NCBI GenBank assembly: GCA_041615815.1
Contig: JBFJCP010000011.1
Location: 32,001 to 96,000, forward strand
Direction: 5' to 3'
Length of the DNA: 64,000 bases
Source: Gemmatimonadales bacterium
Lineage (GTDB): Bacteria > Gemmatimonadota > Gemmatimonadetes > Gemmatimonadales > GWC2-71-9
Shown here one piece after another: positions 55,974 to 64,000 of this stretch. A program made the position numbers and the translations under genes. Under the pieces are notes generated by a model. It was given only the letters and a program-made list of their open reading frames with translations, did no database searches and was not told where the DNA came from. Position 1 is the first letter of the stretch. Every line of letters begins with the position of its first letter.

Positions 55974-56095
55974 CGCTCTCCCCCTGCGTCCCTCCTAGAA
56001 TAGCGTAGGCGAGACCCCGACACCACGGTCCGGCATTGCCCGGCCGCTGCTGGCGACGCAACTTCCGGCCGGCGCTCATGAAGGGTGGGACACAT

Positions 56096-56557
56096 ATGAC
56101 GGTGCACATTGGACACGCGCATCTGAAGGTGCGGAACCTCGAGCGCTCGATCGACTTCTACACACAGTTTCTCGATCTCACCATCCGAGAGCAGGTGGAT
56201 AATCGTTGGGCCTTTCTCTCGGGCACGGATGTCCATCACGAGCTGGCGTTGCAAGAGGTGGGTGCCGACGCCCCCCTCCCCAGCCGGTGGCATGTAGGCC
56301 TCTTTCACATTGCGTTCGAAGTGCCAACCCGCATGGCATTAGCGAGGTACTTCCATCGGCTTGTCGAGCGGGACGTCCCCGTGGTTGCGGTCGACCATCG
56401 CATCAGCTGGGCCGTGTACTTCGGCGATCCGGATGGGAACGGATTGGAACTCTATTGCGACACCCGTGGGGACGAGGACGGTGCCGAGCGATGGGAGGGC
56501 GTAGACCGACCATTGCCTGCAGAGCGGCTCCTGGCGGCTCTGGGAACGGCCTCTTGA
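56096..56557 (+). CDS. VOC family protein (single-domain, extradiolase-like ligands)
   Basis: IGHAHLKV, HHELAL, GLFHIAF, DH.ISWAVYF.DPDGNGLELY. Confidence 0.9.
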   Translation: MTVHIGHAHLKVRNLERSIDFYTQFLDLTIREQVDNRWAFLSGTDVHHELALQEVGADAPLPSRWHVGLFHIAFEVPTRMALARYFHRLVERDVPVVAVDHRISWAVYFGDPDGNGLELYCDTRGDEDGAERWEGVDRPLPAERLLAALGTAS

Positions 56558-56604
56558 ATACGGGCGCCGTGTCGATACCCCATTGGCCAGTCAGCGGATA
56601 CGGC

Positions 56605-57177
56605 ATGCGTGTTGCGCTCACCGTGTGGTTCATGACGGGTCTTGGATGGTCGTTCCAGGGCTCCTCGCTGTTCGCGCAGCAAGAGACGCCGGAAGACGTC
56701 GCCCAGCGTTACGTCAGCGCGATGCAAGCCGCCGATTGGGACACGATGGCCGGGCTCATGGACCAGAGCGCGCTAAAATCCATGCGGGACCTGCTGAGCC
56801 CGCTCTTCGACTTACCCGAGGCGGCCGAACTCCGCCAGCGATTTCTGGGCGTCGAGACCGTCGATGAGGCAGCAGCGCTCTCGGATACAGCCGTGTTTGC
56901 GCGATTCATGCAATTCGTCGGCTCCCAAGAACCATCACTGCAGGAGGCCCTCAAGACGTCTCGCATGCGAGTGATCGGGCACATTCCCGAGGGGGGCGAT
57001 ACCGTTCATGTGGTCTATCGCATGACCATGACCGTGGAAGGAATCACGATGACGCGGCTCGACGTGTTCAGCCTCCGACAACATGGAGAGACGTGGCGGG
57101 GGTTGTTGGCCGGGGACGTGTCGGCATTGGCGGCAGCACTACGGGCGGCACTGGAGCCGTATCCAGATCCACGATGA
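56605..57177 (+). CDS. Exported hypothetical protein
   Basis: Signal peptide ending LFA-QQ; TPEDVAQRY..AM...DW start. Confidence 0.7.
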   Translation: MRVALTVWFMTGLGWSFQGSSLFAQQETPEDVAQRYVSAMQAADWDTMAGLMDQSALKSMRDLLSPLFDLPEAAELRQRFLGVETVDEAAALSDTAVFARFMQFVGSQEPSLQEALKTSRMRVIGHIPEGGDTVHVVYRMTMTVEGITMTRLDVFSLRQHGETWRGLLAGDVSALAAALRAALEPYPDPR

Positions 57178-57196
57178 CTCAAAGGACGCCGATCGC

Positions 57197-57550
57197 ATGA
57201 GCGATACCCATCACGAGAGCACGGTAGAGTTCACCGGCCTGATTGCGGGGTTGGCCGCAACGGCAGCTGCAACGCTGCAAAAGGTCGAAGCCCTGGCGAA
57301 CGTGGGCACGGATACGGCAAGCGCATCTTCGCCACAAGACGACGAGCCCTCTCCCGCGGAGCGCGGCAAGCAAATCAGGGACGCCTTGAGCACGGCTCGG
57401 CAGCTCATCGACACCATTGCGATGCTGGAGACCAAGACCAAAGGCAACGTCACGAGCGGCGAGCAGCAATTCTTGGAACGAGCGCTCTCCGAACTCCGCA
57501 TTACCTTCGTGCGCGTCGCCGATCGCGTGAAACCGCTCACCCGAACATGA
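57197..57550 (+). CDS. DUF1844-like protein
   Basis: ARQLID.IAML..KTKGN.T..E..FL...L.ELR..FV; SD AAAGGA. Confidence 0.8.
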   Translation: MSDTHHESTVEFTGLIAGLAATAAATLQKVEALANVGTDTASASSPQDDEPSPAERGKQIRDALSTARQLIDTIAMLETKTKGNVTSGEQQFLERALSELRITFVRVADRVKPLTRT

Positions 57551-57554
57551 GGAA

Positions 57555-57884
57555 TTGTCCGTGGCCGTTGCATTACTCGTCCTCCTCGTGCTCGCCGTAT
57601 TGGTTGTCACCTTGCTCAACCGCCCGGTAGGCGCTCGCTACCCCAATCGGTTGGAGATTGGCTCTATCGTGATCGAGTTCTCGAAGATCGACCGATTGTG
57701 CTACGCGGTGGCCGCCGCAGCGGTGCTGATCGGGGTGGTGGCCGGTCTGCTTCTCATTTGGGGTCCGCGCAATCAGGATATGGTTGGGAAGGTCCTGGCG
57801 ACCGCTGCGGTCGGTTTCCTCGGGGCGGTGTTCATCCTGGTGCTCAATCGGCTGATGCGTGGTCCGCGCGGAGCTGCCTCGTGA
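57555..57884 (+). CDS. Small membrane hypothetical protein
   Basis: SD GAGGA; three hydrophobic segments; GTGA overlap with the next gene. Confidence 0.65.
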   Translation: MSVAVALLVLLVLAVLVVTLLNRPVGARYPNRLEIGSIVIEFSKIDRLCYAVAAAAVLIGVVAGLLLIWGPRNQDMVGKVLATAAVGFLGAVFILVLNRLMRGPRGAAS

Positions 57885-59218
57885 CCGACGCGACCTCGTC
57901 GCCAGGAAGGGGGCGGGATCGCCAGATCGGCATCTTCATTCCCGGGCTCGCAGGCCAGCGCCCGTCGGTACCGGTATGCATCCGCGAGCTCGAGCGACGT
58001 GCGCGAGCGCGCCTGTCCCCCGAGGCTGATGCGTATGTCGCCGGCGGTGCCGGTGCCGAGCGTACCATGGCGGCAAACCGCGCGGCGTTCGACCGGTGGC
58101 GCATCGTCCCCCGTATGCTTCGCGACGTGACCCGGCGGGATCTCACCGTCGAGCTTTTCGGTGCGCGCCTCCCCACCCCACTGCTGCTCGCACCGATTGG
58201 CGTGTTGGAATTAGTCCACCCACAGGCGGATCTCGCCGTGGCCCGCGCCGCCGCCCAACGCGGGGTACCCATGGTGTTTTCCAACCAAGCCTCCCACGCC
58301 ATGGAGGCCTGCGCGGGCGTCATGGGTGATGCCCCTCGTTGGTTCCAGCTCTATTGGAGCGAATCGGACGAGCTGGTTCGCAGCTTTGTGGCCCGCGCCG
58401 AGCGCTGCGGATGCCAAGCCATCGTGCTGACCCTCGACACGACGATGCTGGGATGGCGGCCTCGGGACCTCGACCTCGCGTACCTCCCCTTTCTTCGGGG
58501 AATGGGCATCGCGCAGTACACGAGCGATCCGACGTTTCGCGATGCCTTACGTCAAACCGAAACGAGGCGTACCAGTCCGCGGCCATCGATCAACCTCAAA
58601 ACGTTGCTGGCGATCCGACAGCAGTTCCGAAACTACCCCGGCGCATTTCTCGCCAAGCTCAAGAGCGGTGCGCCGCGGGCAGCCGTGCAGAGGTTCATCG
58701 CCACATATTCTCGCCCGTCGCTGACGTGGAGCGACCTGCACACCCTTCGGGCACTCACCGAGCTTCCCATCCTCCTCAAAGGCATTCTCCACCCCGACGA
58801 TGCCCGCGCCGCCGTCGAGGCCGGTATGAACGGGATCGTGGTCTCGAACCATGGTGGTCGTCAGGTCGATGGCGCCATTGGGGCCTTGGATGCTCTGCCA
58901 CCCATCGTGGAGGCCGTCGCCGGGCGCCTCCCCATCTTGCTCGACAGCGGTGTTCGGTCCGGTGCGGATGTGTTCAAGGCCATTGCGCTCGGTGCCACCG
59001 CGGTGTTGATCGGTCGTCCGTACGTCTACGGGCTCGCACTCGATGGGGAACGTGGTGTTGGAGAGGTGATCGACAATGTGCTCGCCGAGCTCGACCTCAC
59101 CATGGGCCTCGCCGGGTGTCGCAGCGTGAGGGAGATTGCAGATGGCCGGCTCGCTCGGTCGTCACCGAACTCGAGCGATGGGGCCGAAGCCGGCCGGCCG
59201 AGCAGAGCGTTCTCTTAG
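57881..59218 (+). CDS. FMN-dependent alpha-hydroxy acid oxidase, lactate 2-monooxygenase-like
   Basis: [49 protein letters not shown]; long loop typical of LMO. Confidence 0.9.
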   Translation: MTDATSSPGRGRDRQIGIFIPGLAGQRPSVPVCIRELERRARARLSPEADAYVAGGAGAERTMAANRAAFDRWRIVPRMLRDVTRRDLTVELFGARLPTPLLLAPIGVLELVHPQADLAVARAAAQRGVPMVFSNQASHAMEACAGVMGDAPRWFQLYWSESDELVRSFVARAERCGCQAIVLTLDTTMLGWRPRDLDLAYLPFLRGMGIAQYTSDPTFRDALRQTETRRTSPRPSINLKTLLAIRQQFRNYPGAFLAKLKSGAPRAAVQRFIATYSRPSLTWSDLHTLRALTELPILLKGILHPDDARAAVEAGMNGIVVSNHGGRQVDGAIGALDALPPIVEAVAGRLPILLDSGVRSGADVFKAIALGATAVLIGRPYVYGLALDGERGVGEVIDNVLAELDLTMGLAGCRSVREIADGRLARSSPNSSDGAEAGRPSRAFS

Positions 59219-60696
59219 TTCGCGATACGCGACTTGAGCGTGAGCGTTGGTCCGTAGCGACCGATCGTGCGGCGAACCCACCACGCTGCGGTTTCGCGTC
59301 GCTCCTTCCAATCCGAGAATCGGTAGTCATACCACACGGCGCGTACGAATCGCGGTGGGTGGTCGCTGAATGGGGAGGGCGCGAGAAGACGGCGGACCGG
59401 TCCGGAACCCTCCAACAGTCGTGACAGCAGCGATTCCAGCCACGGAGAATCTTCATACCTCCGGAGGGCGGCGAACCACATTTGCCAGTCGAGCCTTGGC
59501 TGGTGGGGGGCGCAGAAACGGGGGCGCCGAAGGGGATCACCGGGCTTATATCGGAACGCGAATGGTACCCACGCCCTTCCGTCCTCGCTTCCTTGCAGGC
59601 TGATCTCGAGCCGCCGAGTGGTCATCACTCGGAAGAGGCCGTAGCCATTGATCACACGAAACGGATCGAGCAGCGCGAGCACACGCTGCAACGGACCGGG
59701 CAACCGAGCGTTGGGGGAAAAGGTGCGAGCCAGCTTCAAGCCGCTCACGCCAACGATCACCAGCGCCAGAGCGATCATGCCGGGGCCCGGGAGCGCGGCG
59801 CCCTGTGGCTCCGCCAGCGTCGGTGCGAGCGATGCCGGTAGCACCGCAACCCAGACCCCATCATCCAGCAAGAGCAACGCGAGGGCCATGGTGAGGAGAT
59901 TGAAAAAGTTGTAGTTGCCCGTCATCACGATCAGTATTTGCAGTCCAACGAGCCCCACGAAAGCGACGAGTCGCATGTTTCGCGTCCCAAAGATCAGTAA
60001 CGGCACCGCGATTTCGAGAACGAGAGTCGCGATAACGGATATTTTGTGAAACCAGGTAGGGAGCTGATGAGCAAGCCACGCGGGACTCGTGGGTAGTGGC
60101 TGAGTGAAATAGTGATACTCTAGAGCCGTGAGATTCCGCCAGGTGGTGTCACCGCTCGTCAGCTTGCCGACACCGGACTGAAACACGAGTCGGAACAGAA
60201 GCCACCAAAGAAGAAACAGCCCGAGCTGCGGTACCGGGTGGCCAGAATGCGGCCAGAGATGCCAGGGCGCCAGTAGCGCTGCCAACACGCTCGTCTCGAC
60301 TAGGAGGGCATCCCATTGAAAGGCCATGAACTCCTGGCCCACCACGATGAACGACAGGTAGAGGCCGGCGAGCACGAGCAGTATCGGGGCAGGCAGGATA
60401 TCCAACACGACGAGGATCGATCCCACCGTGCCGATGCCACAGCCTAGATGTAAGCTCAGGTCCGAGCTGGACATCCAGAACAGCGTTGGCGCCTGAACGA
60501 ACCGTTTGTGTCCGAAGTGAGCGCGCAGCGCCGATAGGAAGCTGGTGGCTGGAACGATTCCACGAGATCCGAACAGTCCGGTCACCTGCACCCAAAGCGA
60601 CACGAACGCGATGAGATGCACGATGCCCAGGAGACGGAGGAACAACCAGCTGGAGACGGCGTATGGAACCACGCCGTCCGCAATCGAGTAACCCAT
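59215..60696 (-). CDS. Lipase maturation factor (LMF) family membrane protein
   Basis: FLRLLG....[53 protein letters not shown]. Confidence 0.92.
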   Translation of the reverse strand: MGYSIADGVVPYAVSSWLFLRLLGIVHLIAFVSLWVQVTGLFGSRGIVPATSFLSALRAHFGHKRFVQAPTLFWMSSSDLSLHLGCGIGTVGSILVVLDILPAPILLVLAGLYLSFIVVGQEFMAFQWDALLVETSVLAALLAPWHLWPHSGHPVPQLGLFLLWWLLFRLVFQSGVGKLTSGDTTWRNLTALEYHYFTQPLPTSPAWLAHQLPTWFHKISVIATLVLEIAVPLLIFGTRNMRLVAFVGLVGLQILIVMTGNYNFFNLLTMALALLLLDDGVWVAVLPASLAPTLAEPQGAALPGPGMIALALVIVGVSGLKLARTFSPNARLPGPLQRVLALLDPFRVINGYGLFRVMTTRRLEISLQGSEDGRAWVPFAFRYKPGDPLRRPRFCAPHQPRLDWQMWFAALRRYEDSPWLESLLSRLLEGSGPVRRLLAPSPFSDHPPRFVRAVWYDYRFSDWKERRETAAWWVRRTIGRYGPTLTLKSRIAN

Positions 60697-60828
60697 CAGA
60701 GGAACCCGCCAGGGACGGCTTGCACCCAAAGGTACGTCGGGCGTGCCATGTCGCCCAACGGAAGCTGGGTGGACCCTCCATCCCTCGCTCGGGGACCGTC
60801 CTGACAGCCTGTCACACGGAGATTGTCC

Positions 60829-61380
60829 ATGCAGACTCGTCTCGTGCTCTCAGGGACTTTCACGGCGGCGTTGTTTCTCCTCTGCTCGGCTGACGCAGCG
60901 GCACAGCGCGTGCGGCGATCTCAGCCCGGATCCGTTTCCCAGACCATCGCCCGCACCGAGATCAGCGTGACGTACAATCGACCCGTGGCCCGGGGCAGGA
61001 CCCTGTTTGGGCCGGGAGCCGTCGTTCCGTACGGTCGCCCGTGGAATCCGGGAGCCGACCAGGCCACCACGATCGAGATCACAAGCGATGTCGCGATCGA
61101 GGGACGGCCCCTCTCCGCTGGCCGTTACACGGTGTGGGCCATTCCCGGTGTCGATGAGTGGACCATAATCTTCAGTGAAGCCGTCGATATCTGGCACACG
61201 CCGTACCCGGGGACCGAGCGGGACGCTTTGCGCGTAGACGTCGTGCCAGTCGAGGGCCACCACATGGAGGTGTTGGCGTTTTATTTCCCCGAAGTTGGGC
61301 GCGATTCGGCGACGTTGGTTTTGCACTGGGGCCCCACCGTCGTTCCCCTTTCGATTCGCTTGCCAACCACACCGTCCTGA
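60829..61380 (+). CDS. DUF2911 family exported protein
   Basis: Signal peptide; VSQTI...I.V.Y.RP..RGR.LFG, VPYG.PW..GA, AG.Y..W.IP...EWTIIF. Confidence 0.88.
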   Translation: MQTRLVLSGTFTAALFLLCSADAAAQRVRRSQPGSVSQTIARTEISVTYNRPVARGRTLFGPGAVVPYGRPWNPGADQATTIEITSDVAIEGRPLSAGRYTVWAIPGVDEWTIIFSEAVDIWHTPYPGTERDALRVDVVPVEGHHMEVLAFYFPEVGRDSATLVLHWGPTVVPLSIRLPTTPS

Positions 61381-61415
61381 GACCCAGGGCCCGGGAACGG
61401 ATGGGAGGGCGCGAC

Positions 61416-62810
61416 ATGATATTTTTCTCACGCTTACTCCGGCTGACTGTGCCGGCGCTGGCCCTCCAGGTCGGGGCGCTAGTCGCCCAAGTACCCACCA
61501 ACGCGAGCACTCCCGAACAACCCTTCTTCGAATGGACGGAGCTCCGCTTCGCGTCCGACGTCTATGCTGGGAGACGAGATCGCCTCAAGCCCCTGTTGTG
61601 GGACAACGGCGGTGGAGTCTTCCTTGCTCCGAGCGCTGAAGGGACTTCACACGGTGAAACGTTCCGACAGCTCGACGATTTCCTCTACTTCACCGGTCTC
61701 GAGCTGCCGCACTCAGTCCTGGCGATCGATGCCGATGCGGGGCGAACGCTGCTCTTCGTTCCGTCACGGGATCCACGATTCGAAAACGGCACACGTCCAA
61801 ACGATTTCCCAGGCCGACGTCTCGCTTCGGACCCCGAGTTGGTCAGGCGTTCCGGCATTGCCGAGATCAGACCCTACGATGAGTTGGCCGGCGTCGTCCG
61901 TGCCTGGGTTCGGCAGGGGCGGCTCATTTGGATGAACCTCGGCCGTGATGTGGATGTGGAGGAGATCGAGTCGGACTTCGTGACGGACCTCGACCCGGTT
62001 CATGCCATGTTGGCGCACCTTCAACGCCAACATGCAACGGTTCGCATAGGAAACGCATACTCTGCAATCGCCCGGCTCCGTATGATCAAAGGACCGGAGG
62101 AGGTCGAGGCAATCCGGCGAGCGTGCGCGGTCACCATAGGTGGTATCCGAGCCACTGCGCCTCACGTCGTGGACGGTACCGATGAACGGACGCTTGCCGG
62201 TATTCTCGAAGGCGCCTTCAAGCGCGCCGGGGCGCACGGTCCCGCATTTGCCTCCATTATCAAATCTGGGCCGAACTCTCTGTGGCCGTGGAGGATTCTC
62301 GCGGCGCACTACGATCGCCGGAACCGGCCGATACGAGATGGCGAACTCGTGATTTTCGACGTGGGAGCCGAGCGCGACTATTACGTCTGTGATGTGGGAC
62401 GGACCTTCCCAGTCTCCGGCAGGTTCAGTGCATCCCAACGAGAAAAGCTCACAATGGTTACTGCCGTCGCCGACGAGATCATCGCAGCCATCCGACCTGG
62501 TGTCACCTTTGCCCAGCTCCGAGAGGTTGCGTATCACCACATTCCGCCCGAGGAGCAACCCCGGATGCAGACCGGGAGTTTCTTTGGGCATCACATCGGC
62601 CTATCCCCCGGCGATCCCAGCATCCTGCGCACGCCACTCCAACCGGGAATGATCTTCACTGTCGAGCCATGGTACTACAATCACGACGCGGGGATTGCCG
62701 TGTTCGTGGAAGACGTGGTATTGGTCACGGAGCAAGGCGCTGAGAATCTGACCGGCCGGTTACCCCGGCGGGCATTGGAACTCGAGGCACTCATGGTAAC
62801 AGCTCGGTAA
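61416..62810 (+). CDS. Exported M24B (Xaa-Pro aminopeptidase-like) metallopeptidase
   Basis: AMP_N-like FRQ..DF.YFTG, R.IK...E, metal ligands D.G, D..RTFP, GH, EP, ED; SD GGAGG. Confidence 0.88.
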   Translation: MIFFSRLLRLTVPALALQVGALVAQVPTNASTPEQPFFEWTELRFASDVYAGRRDRLKPLLWDNGGGVFLAPSAEGTSHGETFRQLDDFLYFTGLELPHSVLAIDADAGRTLLFVPSRDPRFENGTRPNDFPGRRLASDPELVRRSGIAEIRPYDELAGVVRAWVRQGRLIWMNLGRDVDVEEIESDFVTDLDPVHAMLAHLQRQHATVRIGNAYSAIARLRMIKGPEEVEAIRRACAVTIGGIRATAPHVVDGTDERTLAGILEGAFKRAGAHGPAFASIIKSGPNSLWPWRILAAHYDRRNRPIRDGELVIFDVGAERDYYVCDVGRTFPVSGRFSASQREKLTMVTAVADEIIAAIRPGVTFAQLREVAYHHIPPEEQPRMQTGSFFGHHIGLSPGDPSILRTPLQPGMIFTVEPWYYNHDAGIAVFVEDVVLVTEQGAENLTGRLPRRALELEALMVTAR

Positions 62811-62827
62811 TCTGCCGATACGAGAGG

Positions 62828-63868
62828 TTACGTCGAGGCCACTCCACCAACCAGCGTTATTCCGGCAGCAATCAGGGTCGCCTGCAGATCCATCTGATCC
62901 GCAATCGGCATGGCCGAAAGGCCGGCCCCGATGGCGTCTGCACGGATGCTGTCTGGCGCGGCACCCTCCGCGAGACGACGCCGCCATCCAGCGATTCGTG
63001 TCTTCCATACTTCCGCCACCGGGTCGGGCGGCCCGAGTGTCTCGCCCACACGCGGCGTGAGAAATAACGGCATCTCCGAAACCAGGGTGAGGGGATCACC
63101 ACCGAACGAGCGGATCGTCTCCATCGAACTCGGGCGAAAATGCGCTGCTGTCTCGGGGTCGTGGCGCTCGAGGAAGAAGTCTCGCATGCTGCGTGAGTTC
63201 GGTCTCGTGCAGAAGCCTCTCGCGAGCCGGACGAATCCCTTTTCTCCATTCCGCTCCACGTCGTGGAGCTCGTACCCAAGGGCCTTCACCCGCGCGACAC
63301 ACCGCTGCCTCAGCGGCTCCATGCGGTCTTTCCACCCCGGCTCCACCAGGAACCATGGGCCGGCGGCAAACCCCATTCCATGAAGCGTGACGTGAAGGTG
63401 GAACGGACCAGGAGCCTCGTGCCACCACCTGTAGACCGCTTGGCTTTCTGGCCGGGCGCCACGGTCGCCGGCGTTTCGTGGAAAGCCAAATTCAAGATCG
63501 TCTCCCGGAGCTTCGCGCACGACATTGCGCAGATAGGCGGCGATATCGTAGATCGGATCATGCTCGCCGTACCATGCCTGGTTCTTGGCCTCCCCATCGG
63601 GATTGATATGAGGCACGATCCACCACTCGCAGTGTGTGAGAAGGGGATCATCCGGTGGCCTTTCCGACAGATACGCCACCAGCTGCCGCAGCAGACGTGG
63701 CCCCACTGGTTCATCGGCGTGACAGCCCCCAATCACACTCACGCGGATCCTGCCGTGGCCCAGTCGATAGGCAACGATCGGTCTCGCCTCGCGGGACGCA
63801 CCGATTTCCTCCCCTGAAGTTGGCAGCGTCGGCTCGGTGGCGAGGATATCCGCAATTGGCAGTTCCAT
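62828..63868 (-). CDS. M14 family zinc carboxypeptidase-like protein
   Basis: GGCHADEP (HxxE), NPDG, RPE, TLHG, LVSEMP. Confidence 0.82.
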   Translation of the reverse strand: MELPIADILATEPTLPTSGEEIGASREARPIVAYRLGHGRIRVSVIGGCHADEPVGPRLLRQLVAYLSERPPDDPLLTHCEWWIVPHINPDGEAKNQAWYGEHDPIYDIAAYLRNVVREAPGDDLEFGFPRNAGDRGARPESQAVYRWWHEAPGPFHLHVTLHGMGFAAGPWFLVEPGWKDRMEPLRQRCVARVKALGYELHDVERNGEKGFVRLARGFCTRPNSRSMRDFFLERHDPETAAHFRPSSMETIRSFGGDPLTLVSEMPLFLTPRVGETLGPPDPVAEVWKTRIAGWRRRLAEGAAPDSIRADAIGAGLSAMPIADQMDLQATLIAAGITLVGGVAST

Positions 63869-64000
63869 GACAACACGATAGTGAGGCCAGGACGTTCGCG
63901 GCAACGGTCGTGGTGCTCCGTCTCAGTGATCCGTGCGGCACCGCCCCACTCGCAGTGTTCGCGGCAGGCACATCGTGGCAGCGAGGGACGAGTGGGGCCT

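Noticed and set aside
60802..60814. Dyad TGACAG-C-CTGTCA between the LMF and DUF2911 genes
   Set aside because: Could be an operator, but it is a single short instance with no cognate regulator evident.
1..64000. Numerous long alternative-frame and antisense ORFs (e.g. 33998-35305, 9752-10936, 25059-26267, 30919-32058)
   Set aside because: They shadow well-supported genes, lack recognisable motifs and are expected at this GC content.
1..64000. CRISPR array, tRNA/rRNA, transposase, integrase, prophage or defence genes
   Set aside because: No repeat-spacer periodicity or recognisable motifs seen by eye. The Kelch-gene repeats are protein-level repeats.

Overview
High-GC, gene-dense bacterial chromosomal segment with about 70 CDSs. 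Gene content and style suggest Gemmatimonadota (inference only). I found no rRNA, tRNA, CRISPR array, transposase, integrase or phage genes. The first ~37.6 kb holds tightly coupled operons: an OPT transporter with a divergent M42 peptidase; an ECF transporter running into two paralogous HEAT-repeat genes; an M28 peptidase, GAF protein, hydrolase, polX, nth run; an ArnT-like GT, AsnB-like amidotransferase, HD protein, PLD, ECF sigma, TolC/MacAB and thrB run; a dipeptidase to RidA/DinB run; and YggX plus a three-subunit molybdo-flavo-Fe/S enzyme. The rest is a patchwork of small accessory genes, a TTT transporter with a TcuA-like flavoenzyme, GntR with an SPFH protein, lactate monooxygenase, an LMF protein and peptidases. 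Best candidates for new biology: (1) a 4-hydroxybenzoyl-CoA-reductase-like enzyme that keeps the HcrB [4Fe-4S] insert but has Gln in place of the family's catalytic Glu, led by a 4-Cys YggX and paired divergently with a tiny 4-Cys protein; (2) an ECF module with matched degenerate ATPase motifs coupled to HEAT proteins; (3) short-period imperfect palindromes embedded in coding sequence. All functional calls come from motif recognition by eye; no searches were run.
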